Source of the DNA: Elsinoe ampelina
Lineage: Eukaryota
DNA length: 64,000 bases
Direction of reading: 5' to 3'
NCBI GenBank assembly: GCA_010093995.1
Contig: ML992505.1
Span: 62,001 to 126,000 of the forward strand
Shown here: in pieces, positions 1-12,379 of the stretch
Layout of the letters: each line of letters opens with the position of its first letter
Position numbering within the stretch: position 1 is the stretch's first letter
The notes under the pieces: model-generated
What the model saw: only the letters and a program-made list of their open reading frames with translations
Told to the model about the DNA's origin: nothing
The model's database searches: none
Position numbers and translations under genes: made by a program

Positions 1-1123
1 TTGCAAAGCATGTCCTGGTCACGTCGCAAGAATTTCTGACAGCTTGCGACATACAGCGACAGGCACAAAAAGTCAATGACACGTTCGGAAAAGCGCATTG
101 GAATTCGATGAACGTCCCAAGCAAGACGATTCTGCTCGTTGACATCGTCACACAGGGCAGGCAGAGGCAAAGGCCTCGGAACTGTTCACGTTCAAGGCGT
201 TGCTGATGGCGCGACGTTGAGAATTGAAAGGCACAGACCGTTGCAGAGCATTGTTACTAGTGTATTGAGCGTGCGTGAATTTTGTGAGATGAGTTTACTG
301 ATTTCCTGGCCCTATGGTTGGACGGCCAGTGTACTGTAGAGTGCGCCATTATCGTGTATCAGCCTTTTCTGCGATTCGGGCCAGATTGATTTTTGTGAAA
401 GCAACAACTGACACAAATCGGTCGTGCCGACACCCTTCTTATCTTGACGGTTCACACGTTACGAGGACTTTTCTTTCGTACGAACGACCCTTGGACGGCG
501 ATTGTCGATTGTCGCAGGTCCCTTGCAGATTTGCAGCTTTCCCGTCAGGCCCTTGAGCATCATCCAAGCATAACAAAAGGGTGCACCAAGCGCGCGCAAG
601 ACAGACGACCATCTTGGCCTACGCTCGTCAGGCTTCAGGAGAGAGCGTCTCAGCAGTCGCCGATACTTGGGACCGCACTTGGGAAACCCCCCCACGGCTG
701 GCTAGGGCTCCACCTGGCCCTTCTGTGGTGACTTGCGCAACTTGGCCTTGCGAGGCAATCCTGGATCCGATTAGCCGTGCTTCTGGCTTTTTTTCTCGCC
801 CAAGCGCCGCCGTCATTTCGCCCGTCGGCGCTGCACTGCACTACTGTTGCGACCCCGGTTTCTGCTCTCAACCTGAATGTTTTAATAACCCGCGCTTCAA
901 GGTTCTTTTTGGTGGGGGTCACTTATTTCCAATCCACGCCGCCCTCGCTCCTCGTCTCAAACTCACCTGACCATTTCTTCGATACTCTACGCATAACATG
1001 TGCTCGCAGTCTTCGATACACACGACGTTCGACCACGCGCAATCGTAGCGCATAATACCCCTCCAGCCCTACAGCCAGTTTGTTGTTCCTGGGCTGTCGA
1101 AACCGCCTTCCTTCGCCGACAAC

Positions 1124-2113
1124 ATGGCCGCCGTCTCAGCTCGTCGTAATGCTTCCACAGACTCTACCATGTATGGTGTGGGAGGTCGTCGACAACCTTT
1201 CTTTGTCCTCGACGATCAAGCGGTAGAAGATCAGTACCTATTCACCTCGTTCCGTTTCGACAAGAAGGAAAAGTGCAGCAAACTCAACCCCGTTTGCTGC
1301 AAAGAAGCGAAGCACGTGTACCTCTTCAAATATCACTTCGACCGACTGAAGGACTCGGCAAAGTGCAGAGGGTGGTACGATGCGGAGAAGTGCCTCAAAC
1401 GACCAATCGACCTCTTCAACAGGGTAGAATACGCCGTTACTCAGTACGAGCAGAAGAATGGAAAGGGAGGACCATACAAGATCAGGATCAAGCTGAAGTA
1501 CCATGGCAACCTGGTTATTGATGTTATGCCCGAGGTCTCGCTGTACAAGAAGCCACTGCTCTATCCCACTACGCTCGAGCTCTTCAAACATCCTCACGAA
1601 GCTGCTTCCCGCTGCAACAACTTCAAGGTCGTTCTAGACACTCTTCCCACCAACAAATCACTTCACACCAAATCCAAGACCGAATGGCGGCCAATGTACG
1701 ATTACGCGAGGTTCAGTGCTGGCATTGAATCATATCAGGACGCAAAAGAGGTGCTCCTTTATAATGCTGATGGCGAGATCATGGACGGGACCATCACCAC
1801 CCCGTACTTTTACAGGAACGGCGGATGGGTGACCCCTCACACGACATGTGGTGGTCAGACTGGCACCACGCGCAGATGGGCAGTCGACCAAAATCTTTGC
1901 ACTCTCGGCACGATCAAGGTCGAGACGCTACGCCACGACGAGATCATCTGGTTCAGCAACTCCGTCAAGGGTTTCTTCACTGGACGGTTTGTGGCCACCC
2001 CGAACAGATGTCAAGCTCCGAACTACCGCTCGAACTCGACTTCAACTTCCTCCTCTCTGACCGCTTGTGACACCCCAACTTCAGAAAGGAGCGAACTCAA
2101 ATCTATGTTATGA
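1124..2113 (+). CDS. PLP-dependent aminotransferase class IV family protein, fungal 4-amino-4-deoxychorismate lyase (Abz2)-like
   Basis: Motifs LFTSFRFD, YHFDRL, KTEWRPMYDYAR (putative PLP lysine), EVLLYNADGEIMDG, WVTP..GGQTGTTRRWA and SNSVKGF. The stop is TGA followed by CTA (see findings). Confidence 0.75.
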   Translation: MAAVSARRNASTDSTMYGVGGRRQPFFVLDDQAVEDQYLFTSFRFDKKEKCSKLNPVCCKEAKHVYLFKYHFDRLKDSAKCRGWYDAEKCLKRPIDLFNRVEYAVTQYEQKNGKGGPYKIRIKLKYHGNLVIDVMPEVSLYKKPLLYPTTLELFKHPHEAASRCNNFKVVLDTLPTNKSLHTKSKTEWRPMYDYARFSAGIESYQDAKEVLLYNADGEIMDGTITTPYFYRNGGWVTPHTTCGGQTGTTRRWAVDQNLCTLGTIKVETLRHDEIIWFSNSVKGFFTGRFVATPNRCQAPNYRSNSTSTSSSLTACDTPTSERSELKSML

Positions 2114-3074
2114 CTATCGCCGATGACCGTCCCTGGCGACATGGAGGAAATCTCACCGCACTGTTCCCGCTCACAGTCGCCTCCTCCACCTGACGCCAGC
2201 TCACTCGGTCATCGGCTTACCGAATCTTCAAATGGTCTACGACCGAACAAGGCGAGCGGGAAGCCTCTCTTCAAAATCCCCTTTTTTGGAGGGTCATCGT
2301 ACTCTTCGGATACGGAGAATGATCTACCTCCTACTTCTGATGAGCCTCTCACCCCTAGAGCACCTTTGCCCAAAGCCGCACCTCCACCTCCTCGATCAGC
2401 GCCGACCTTTACGCTGCAGCCCAAGGCTCAGGCAGTCTGACTAGCCGGCCTACGAATCACGACAACAATACGAAGTCAATAGACGCATCGCATATTTCAC
2501 ATATACGCATGCCATGCACGTCAAGCATGTGCCAGCCCTCCAGTACCGATACCGACCAGTGGAAGACAAGACCAGTCTCTTTCCAGCTCCAGACCCATTC
2601 GTCATCTTCTGCTTCTGTAATTTACTACTCTTCATTCTCTTTGGATGCAGGTTCAAGAGCTGAACGCATTCACTTTCACCGGAAGCCAATTGCTTCTCCC
2701 AGCACATTGTACCTCGTCTTCACAGTACATAGCACGTACAGCAATGGAGATACGTTCAATTCACTCTTGCCTCACTGACTTGTGATCGTCATGCCCATCT
2801 CTTGAATCATGCCTCACCGCACGCTCCAGCCAACGCAAACAGCCCTCTTCTCTCGCACGTCACCGCCCAGAAATCGAAGCTCGCAACTTGCAGATCCGCC
2901 CACAAAACTGAACCACAGCTGAAAGCGACACCGGAAGAAAGCCAATTCCTTTCCTTGTAGTGCTTTGGCATTATTAGGCATCAATGAAATTCTGCTAAGA
3001 ACACCGATGGAAGTTTGGCCAAGGTACGATAGACGGCGGGACTGCGACACTTGCTCCCGGCGAGGTGTTATAAC

Positions 3075-3270
3075 AATCGGGGGTGAGTTTCGTAGAAATC
3101 GGGGATGTAGGAGAGCAACCGGGGATGTCGCGGGGGAAAATTTCTTATTAATCGGGAGTGGTGAGTAAAAATCGAGGATGTCGCAGGAAAAAAATTTTTG
3201 GCCTGTATATATTAATCGGGGGTGGATGTTGGTGTAACCGGGGATGGATGTTGTAAAAATCGGGGGTGGA
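3075..3270. repeat. Array of 8 degenerate AAYCGRGR motifs (consensus AAYCGGGGRTG)
   Basis: Copies start at 3075, 3097, 3117, 3150, 3170, 3214, 3236 and 3258. Confidence 0.8.
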
Positions 3271-3677
3271 AAGTCGCATCCCGTGTTGTAGTTTGCTGTG
3301 TGTAAGTACCAGAGATGTACTCTACAAACGGGGTATTTGTACTGTTTGTTTCGTGGGCGATCTATTTTGACCAGTGTGTGCGGTGGACAGCGCATCCTCC
3401 CGCTCCACAGGTCGTACAAACCAGGCCACAGGCTCGATTGGGCCACAATTGAATCTCCTTTGCAAGATCAAGGATGGGAAGTGGTGAATCAGACGTGTAC
3501 ATGGAAGCTCTGAAGGAAGTCCAGGGGAACAATGCTCTCTCTGCAGAACAAGACCGGGACAAACATGAGAAATAGTCATCTTGTTTTCTCAGGTATATAG
3601 AATTGCATTACGAGCAAGCTCTTGTTGTAGCCCAAGAGTCCAGCTTTCTGGTGATATCCAAAACAAAGTAATGTTGT

Positions 3678-4789
3678 TCACATCTTTGACTTGATGCCGT
3701 CATCCTCCGCCAGAGCCCTACAGATGTATGCAACAGCACGCTTCCGCATCTCTGCCGAATATTCATGACCGGCACCCGGGTCGACATAATCTTCCAGCTG
3801 GAACCCACCATCACTCCACCAGCCTCCTTGCTTGGTCGCGTTCTCGAGCCATCGCAGGAATGGTTCTCCACATGCATATGGTACAAGCTTGTCTGCGCCG
3901 CCGGAAAGACACAAGATCTTCTTACCGCCCAGCTTATCCCTCAGTATTGGTTGCAATCTTACCTTCTCTGTATGACTCGGCTCATACTTCCAGTCGTCTC
4001 CGGTAACCATATCTAGCTCGCCTAGCAGCAGTCCTGCAGGATCGTACTTCTCGACCTGCTCCATCAGACTGTTGGGAAAGTCCTCGGATCCGATAAAGCC
4101 TCGGCCGGGCGGCGAAGATGTCACGTATGCTGGTAGTTTGGACTTTGCAGCCCGGTCTGTCATGAGACGAGTATAGTCTGGGCAGCCAATGACCGCAATG
4201 GCGGTGGTGATCCGTGGCTCTTGAAGAAGGCAGTGCCATGCTGCGTGCCCACCAAGCGAGATACCAAGTACCAGATTCTGGGTGATTGTCCGCTCAACAT
4301 GGGGGAAGATGTACGCCGGTATGTAATCCAGCAATATAGAAACATCGCGAGCAGTGCCATCTATTCGAAGTCAGAATCTCTGGACGAAGACGATGAAGTA
4401 GACCCACGATAGATGCTGAACATGTCGAGAGCATGTCTCTTGTTGCCCTGACGCCAGGCCTCATTCGCCAGCTTGTCTGCTGATCTCGTGCCGTGGTTGC
4501 GCTGGTCGAATGCCACTGCAATGAGGCCCGTTTTTCTGTCTCCCCCTTTGGAGTACCATTCCCGAATAGCGGCTGCAGCTACGGGAGCCATGCATTCTTG
4601 CGCCTGGAGTCGAGGGTGTAGGAGCCATAGAATAGCGACTGAAGAGACTTGAGAAGGTGGCGGTAGGAGGTCCAAGCCGTAGACTGTAGTCAGAATTCCG
4701 GCCACATGGAAAGTGGTTGATGGTACTGGGTTTGGATTTGGCACAGAAGCCATGGATCCCGAGATCATGGGGTTGTTGGTGGCAGCCAT
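3678..4789 (-). CDS. Alpha/beta-hydrolase fold protein; 2 exons (4789-4408, 4360-3678)
   Basis: FDQRNHG, GISLGG nucleophile elbow, GGADKLVP and GAGHE. Intron 4361-4407 (GTGGGT..CTGAC..TAG) restores SIYHGTARDVS. C-terminus is SKM. Confidence 0.85.
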
Positions 4790-5678
4790 AGCGACAGAGA
4801 GAAGTGTCTATGAATTTCAGGATGGAGGCTTTGCGTTCAAGGAGACATTTGGGCGCGCTCACGCATGTCTAGGCCAACATGGTGTGGAAGACGGGATGAC
4901 CTTCTGTTCATGAGGTCAGAAAAAGTGCAAGCCGAGGATGTGAGCAGGCCTGTGGAGGTTGCCCCGCCCCCACTCTGTTTCTTTGAAGTGTGAAACACAG
5001 CTCCAAGCCATTGTTCTTAACCTTCCATTTCCCTGGGTACCTGTGAGATAGACTTTCAGATCCTGAAGCTTCGAAGGATGGTATTTATGGTTGATTTTAT
5101 CATGCATCCGGGAAGTTGTTTGGATGACTGATCACGACTTGGAAGACGATACCCTTGAACTGTGTGTGACATGGACATAGCTTCTCGAATCGATGAAGCT
5201 GTTTGATGATCGAGCAAACTGCTACTTGTGTCTCCTTCCCACGCCAACAACTTGCGTATGTTTCTTCGCTGGAGATTTGATTAATCTTGTGAATCTACAT
5301 ATCTCACTCACAAGTATCTAGGTAGGTAGGTACTTTTAGCCGCATTGGAACTTGTCGAATTGGCTTCCGGCAAATGGATCCTGATCTTTCGGAGCTGTTT
5401 CGGGCCGCAGCTTGCCCCACAAGTTCATTGGAGCAGGGCATCTCTCACAGATCTGCAGCTATGAGGAGAGTGGCCACCTGAAATCTCTACATCAACTCGC
5501 GTGAAACAAGAAACATCACAAAAATTGATTCATCGAAACCAAACACGCCGCTTTATCTGAAGGACTGCTACCACAGTCTGCTCTGCCACCCAAAAGTCTA
5601 CAACTCTGCCCGCTTATCATAATGTCTGAAAAGTAGACACAACACACAGCTATCAACCAAGCGGTGAACGCAACCGCC

Positions 5679-8600
5679 ATGAGTGTCATCAACATGGAAG
5701 GCACATCAGACCTGCTCTCTTGGTATGTATTATCCACTCAAAACCGTCTCGAGTGCGACTGACCTCCGTCCAGGTACCAGCGTCTGTCAAGCCGGACTGT
5801 CGACCTCATTGGCGATTATGCTGGGAGCGAGTTGTTCCTCGTCGAAGGAGACTCACTCATACTGCACTGCCTTGATACCAAGGATATTGACTTGCAGAAT
5901 GGGTTTCAATTGCTTCATGCTGTCTACGCCGTGGAGTCCTTCCTAGCTGCGTTGTTGCAAAGAAAGGCACATTTCCACATCGCCTTTTTCGACAACCATG
6001 CATCCTTCTGTGCTCCTGCTTGGGCAAACGAAAAGAATCACCACAAGTACCAGCTCCTTCGTGCGGTCCTCATCCGCCACCTTTCCGTCAACCTTCCCAA
6101 GGCACACCCCTCTGTACTCCTCCATCACTACAAAGACTACAACGATCAGAACTTTGTCGATTATGTAAGAAGATCAGGCCTCTACTTCATCATGTGCCAT
6201 GATGGCGCATCATCGGAACTGGTCATGCCAGTTCTTCCTGAGGATGTAGAAGGTCCAGAGGACTCTGAATCCGACAGTGACAGCTTCATGGCTACCATGT
6301 CCGAGCAGGAGAAGGCAAGAAAGGTGGCTTTCAGAGCCATGGTCTTGTGGTTCGTTCAGCATGGTATGAATATCGCACTCACAAACAGTGTCGAATGGCA
6401 AGACACTAAAGTCATGTCAATCGTGCTGGAGGGATCAAGGAGGACCAATCCACCCCTGCTCGAACAAGTCGACCACAACGCAGCTGGAGACACGACAGCT
6501 TCAGCCATCAACATTAGCAAAGAAGATCTCGTCCGCGATCTACAGAGCTTCGGCAAATCCGAGACCACGGCTCTACTATACCAGGCGTCGAAATTGCTTC
6601 TCGAATCACATCCATCCTACAATGGCCACGTCCGCGCCTTATTGATGTCGTCGGCAATTGCCAGTCAGCTTCCGCTGTCGAAGCGTAGGCTAGCAGCGAC
6701 TACAAAGGTGTCGAGTGAGGACTCTGTGTTCTTGGCTGCATTCGCCACAAAGGCCTGCGAAGTCTTGACTGCAGGCTCGTGGAAGGAGGCCATGGCTGAA
6801 CAAGACATGCTGTGCGACGTAGCAGACTTGATTGACGGACGACTTTTCTACCATGTCAGACAAAACATCAATCAGATAGACGGGTCCAGTCTGGATGACA
6901 TCGCCATCACGAAGACCATGGCCGCTCTCCACCTCGATTCCGTGAATGGCGCCGCCGTAAGTAGCGGTGATGAAGATGACCTTGATGGCTTCTCTGTGAA
7001 GTCCGAGGGCATCTCACCAGCAAGTTCGCTTCTCCCATTCCAGAACTCGGTACTGGACGAACATCTGGCATCTATCCACATTCGTACATCCAAAAATGAG
7101 CCTGCTCTTCCGCCAAGCACGTCACGCACCTTCAGAGAACTGACACATTGGCATAATACACGACCTGTCACCGTCCAAGGCAAGGTCACTCTGACCGACT
7201 GGCAAAAAGCGCGTGCTCTGAGGTCACATCAGATGTTCCTCCGGGAGCTGCAACAATATGCTGCAAGCTTGACAAGCTCAGCTGGCAAGTCCCTGGATCC
7301 TGAAGTCATCTTTACAGGTCAACAGTCGACCGAAGCCGTTGCTCCATCCAGTGCTTCTGCTGGCGCTGCCAAAGCCGCCAATGCTGCCCGTATTGCAGGC
7401 AAGAATGAGCAACGCTTCGTTTCAGCTTGGCAAAGCCAACTCAAAGATCTGGACAAGGCAAAGGATCCCAAGGAGCGTTACGTGAAGGCACAAACCTATC
7501 TGAAGTCTCTGCCCAAAGATCGTCTGGACTTTCTCGGCCCCGAAGTTGAGCTCTACATGCTAGACTGTCTCGTCCAAATGTGGGCTATCGTGTGCAAGGA
7601 AGGGAAGCAAGACGACACGAGATCGGCACGATTTGCGGCTCTGATCTTCAACACTCTCAACCAGCAAAAGTCCAAGGCAGATCAGGCCACCAAGACTATT
7701 CAGTCATCTGTCCAGCTCGTGGCCGACAGCCTTGGTCTCCCGTTCGATATCTCAGGACGACCAGCAAAGACCGATCGCCCGCTCAGTTTCTCCTTCAGTC
7801 TGTCCGCTGTAGACAAGTCGCTTGCAGTACCTATTTCTCCACTCTTCTTTCAGTTGCAGCATTGTGGACCGTACTTCGATCGTAGCTTTGACTCTGCACC
7901 AGACAATCGAGTCCGATTCGAGCCCGATTCCTGGCAACGACATGTACTGGATCTCATTGACCAGAAAAAGAGCGCATTTGTTGTGGCTCCGACGAGTGCC
8001 GGCAAGACATTTATCAGTTTCTACGCAATGAAGCAAGTCCTGCGAGAGTCCGACGACGGTATCCTTGTCTATGTCGCACCAACAAAGGCACTGGTCAATC
8101 AGATTGCCGCGGAGCTCCAAGCACAGTACACCAAGAAATTCAAGTATGCTGGCAAGAGCGTGTGGGCCATTCACACCCGAGACTACAGGATCAACGACCC
8201 TCAAGGATGTCAGATTTTGGTCACTGTGCCACATGTCCTCCAGATCATGCTCTTAGCTCCAAGCCATGCGAAAACATCCGGCTGGTCAACAAGAGTCAAG
8301 AGGATCATCTTTGACGAAATCCACTCGATCGGTCAGGCCGAGGATGGTGTCGTGTGGGAACAACTCTTACTACTGGCACCTTGCCCCATCATTGCTCTCT
8401 CTGCGACTGTTGGCAATCCTGGTCAGTTTTACGATTGGATGCGATCAACACAAGAAGCCATGGGTTACTCAATGGAGATGGTTCAGCATCCATACCGTTA
8501 CTCTGACCTCAGAAAGTTCGTCTATCAACCACCCAATACCTTTGAATTCCAGCAGCTCTCATCGGACGACACTGTTGGTCTACCATCGCTGGACGACGCA

Positions 8601-11177
8601 CCTGGTCTGCTCTACATGCATCCGGTCACTAGCCTGATCAATGAGGGACGTGGACTGCCGGATGATCTGCACTTGGAGCCGCGGGATTGCTTGAGCCTCT
8701 GGAAGTCTATGCAGAAGCACTCTAGCGACAAGTTTCCTCTGGACAAGTCTCTTGACCCCGCAAAGACCTTACCAGCTATCGTACGCAAGGTCGACATCCT
8801 CAAATGGGAAGCAGACCTCAAAGCTGTGCTCAAAAGTTGGATGTCAGAGCCCGGCTCGCCATTTCATGCCGTCATCGATGAACTTGCAAGGCCGTTACAT
8901 GCCAGCAAGAATGAAGTGTCCTCTATCGACAAGGTCAAGGCTGAAGGAGCATCAAAGGTGGACCCGAATGACCTCCTCAGCACGACACTGCCTCTGCTCT
9001 CCGCATTGAATGCACGTAATGCACTACCTGCCATTCTCTTCAACTACGATCGCACTTTGTGTGAAAAGATCTGCCAGGCCTTGATGGCTCAACTCGGTGA
9101 AGCTCAAGCTGCATGGAAGGCCTCCAGTCCCAAGTGGAAAGCTCAGCTTGACAAGTATGCTAAGTGGAAGAAAGAACAAGAAAAGGTCAAGTTTAAGCGC
9201 CCAACCACAAAGAAGAGTAAAGGACAAGGTGACGAAGACATGTCAAAGGGCGAGCGTGAGAGGGAGGCAGCTGAGATGGAGCAAAATCCTTTTGCTTCCT
9301 TTGATCCAGAAGGTATCGTGGAGGGGTTCTCCTTCGCAAACAACAAAGCTCTGCTCCCATCTGAGTTTGCAGATCTCAAGAGGAAGCTTGAATGGCGCCA
9401 CGTTGCGCCTTGGCTAATCGATGGTCTCAAGCTCGGTATTGGTGTCCATCATGCTGGTATGAATCGCAGCTACCGTCAGGCGGTTGAGACACTTTTCCGC
9501 CGCGGCTTTCTGCGAGTCGTCATTGCTACCGGAACACTTGCCCTCGGTATCAACATGCCTTGCAAGACTGTTGTATTCAGTGGCGACAGTATCTTCTTGA
9601 CCGCTCTCAACTACCGTCAAGCTGCAGGTCGTGCTGGTCGTCGTGGTTTCGACCTGCTCGGGAATGTTGTGTTTCAGAATATCTCCCTGGACAAGGTCTT
9701 TCGACTTGTATCATCACGGCTCCCAGATCTCAACGGACACTTTCCCATCACCACCTCGCTGGTACTTCGTCTTTTTACCCTGCTTCACGATTCTAACGAG
9801 TCGCCATACGCCAAACGAGCCATCACCTCCCTTCTCTCGCAGCCACGTCTCTTCCTTGGTGGAGAGAACTTCAGAGATCAGGTCCTGCATCATTTGCGGT
9901 ACAGCATTGAATACCTGCGCCGTCAGCATCTCATCGCAGCTGATGGTAAACCTATCAACTTCGCCGGCACAGTCTCTCATCTGTACTACACCGAGAACTC
10001 CTCTTTTGCATTCCACTGCTTACTGAAGGATGGTTTCTTCAACAAGCTCTGCGCCAACTACGTACCCAAGGGTAAGAGTGAGGAGCGTATCTTGGAGACA
10101 CTCATGCTTGTCATGGCACATCTATTCGGCCGCCGCTTTTGCCGCCGTGCTGACCAGGAGTTCGTCAATGAGGTGGTCAAGAAACACAGCTCGCACGTCT
10201 TCCTGCCGAAAATGCCCGCAGAGGCGGAGGATAGTCTGCGCAACCACAACGCGGAGACACTTTCAGTCTTCTCTACCTATGTCAAGAGCTTTGCCGAACA
10301 GCATGCCGACAAGCTGGGAGCTGATCATATCCTGCCACTCACTCAGGTCGAAGTCGGAGGGAAGGATACTGGTGCCAAGGTCCCTGAAGGAGTCAAGACC
10401 TTACCTCCGACTACTGTCCGGTCAGCCTTTGTTGCTCTGTCTGGCCACGGCGACAAGTTTGAGACCATCTCTGAGCTTTGCCGCACCGCTCGCTCCGGTG
10501 TATGGCTGGAAGAGGCCGCTATCCCACACGTGGCCCTCTACCCGGATGAAGCTCAGATGCCATTGAACGCCTACCTGTACGACTTCTACAAGCATGGCGA
10601 CGTGGTGACTCTTGAGAAAGCCAATGGTGTTCGTCGAGGAGATGTGTGGTTCCTGCTCAACGACTTTTCCCTCGTCCTTGCCACGATCGTTACGAGCTTC
10701 AAGAACTACATGAACGTTTCTGCCGACGCGGATCTAGAGATGGTCGAAGTCGGCGGTAGCGGTGACATGCATGAACTTGATGAGGATGAGCGTATCGCCA
10801 CGTTCGAGAGCGCGGGTAGCAAGGAAGCTGCCACAAATAAAGGTCTTCCATCTGGTCAAACCAAGGTTGAGCAGACTACCAAGACCTCTGCACCAAGCAG
10901 TGCAGTGCAGAAGAAGAAGACTAAGAAGGTCGTGGCGGATAGCTGGGAAGAGGACGAAGCTGCGCAGTCTGACAGCTCGGTGGCGTCTGACTGGGGTGGA
11001 GACAGTGAGGAAGAAGCGGTGCCGACGAAGGCGAGCACAAGAGCCACATCACCCACTACCACTACAGGAGCGCCGGCCTGGGATGAGGACTCGGGTGAAG
11101 GGTTGAGGAAGGTGGCGCTGGCGTTTGAGGGGTTGAAGAGGAGCTTTGATGAGAAATTCAAGAAGATGTGGGCTTAA
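5679..11177 (+). CDS. Ski2-like DExH RNA helicase, DDX60-like; exons 5679-5722 and 5774-11177
   Basis: APTSAGKT (motif I), PTKALVNQ, DEIH, LSAT, HHAGM, ATGTLALGINMP and QAAGRAGRRG. Intron 5723-5773 (GTATGT..CAG) adds the N-terminal DLIGDYAGSELFLVEGDSL. Confidence 0.9.
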
Positions 11178-11647
11178 AGGTGGCTACCCGATGGCAACTC
11201 GACGGAAGGGAGAGGGAGAGCCTGGAGTGAGAAAGCTGCATCGATTGGTGGTACGGTAGAATGTGGGTGCATGGATTGTGGCTATAGAAAATTGCATGGG
11301 CATGACAAAGCATTGTGGACTGACGATATGGGATCAAGAATGCATGAGACAGAGGATGACACGGAATATGAATGCATAGGTGATTCGATGCGAGTATCCA
11401 GCCGCAACAAAAACGGACCTGTATGTAGATCGATCTCCTCGTCAGCAAATCATTGATCAATGTCTTGTTTCACTTGTGAACTTCTTGACATATCCTGACC
11501 AAAAAGTAAGTTTCGAGGTGTACCATGAGTCACTCGGTCTATCCTATATAACATCATTCATTCCCGGAGTAAACAAAACTTTTCAGACTCTCTCTCATCT
11601 TTAATCCAACCGTATTCCCGATACCTTCCCTACCTGTTCCAAGCATC

Positions 11648-12187
11648 ATGCCCCCATCCAGCCCGAGGGAATGGCACAAAGACTCCTACACCCTCACCAC
11701 TTGCCCCTCCGCCATAACTCCTGAAGTCCTCAACTCCTTCTTCGCCACTCCAGAGATATACTGGGCGCAACCCCTGCCTGTCTCCGCCACTCAATCCCTC
11801 ATCAACAACTCGATCAACTTCACCCTGCTGCTCCCACCTACCACTCCGTCTTCGTCGTCTCCCGCCCCACGAGAAGCAGTAGGTTACGCCCGGCTGATCA
11901 CCGATTACACTACCTTCGCCTACCTCACGGACGTCTACATCTCCCCTGTCCATCAAGGTAGAGGGCTAGGCAAGTGGATGATCCGCTGCGTCTCCGGGGT
12001 GTTGGACGAGATGCCGCATCTGAGACGCAGCATGTTGGTGACGGGGGACTGGGAGGTGAGCGTGCCGTTTTATGAAAAGGCGATGGGGATGCGTTGTATC
12101 GGGGAGAAGCTAGAGGGGGAGGGCAGGTTGGATAGGGGGCTGGCGGTGATGGTGAGGGTGGGGAGAGGGAGTGGTTCGTGGGTGTGA
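11648..12187 (+). CDS. GNAT family N-acetyltransferase
   Basis: GYARLITDYTTFAYLTDVYI, HQGRGLG acetyl-CoA motif and FYEK. Confidence 0.88.
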   Translation: MPPSSPREWHKDSYTLTTCPSAITPEVLNSFFATPEIYWAQPLPVSATQSLINNSINFTLLLPPTTPSSSSPAPREAVGYARLITDYTTFAYLTDVYISPVHQGRGLGKWMIRCVSGVLDEMPHLRRSMLVTGDWEVSVPFYEKAMGMRCIGEKLEGEGRLDRGLAVMVRVGRGSGSWV

Positions 12188-12379
12188 CAGGACGAGAATC
12201 TATGAGGAAGGGACAATGGAGGGCATGAGGGTAATTCGAGATGAAGGGAATTGGGGATCAGGTCGGAGGAAGATCAGACATGGATGATAGAGCTCTAGAC
12301 TGTCATACAGTGACGGATACAGTTACTTAGTCGGTCTTCGACACCCTCCAGCCACGCCCCCCTTGCCCCTCGCCACCTC

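Noticed and set aside
3075..3270. CRISPR-like reading of the repeat/spacer array
   Set aside because: The repeats are only ~8-11 bp and degenerate, spacing is variable, the context is eukaryotic, and there are no cas genes.
2814..3446. 210-aa minus-strand ORF
   Set aside because: It starts at a non-ATG codon, crosses the motif array, and shows no recognisable domain.
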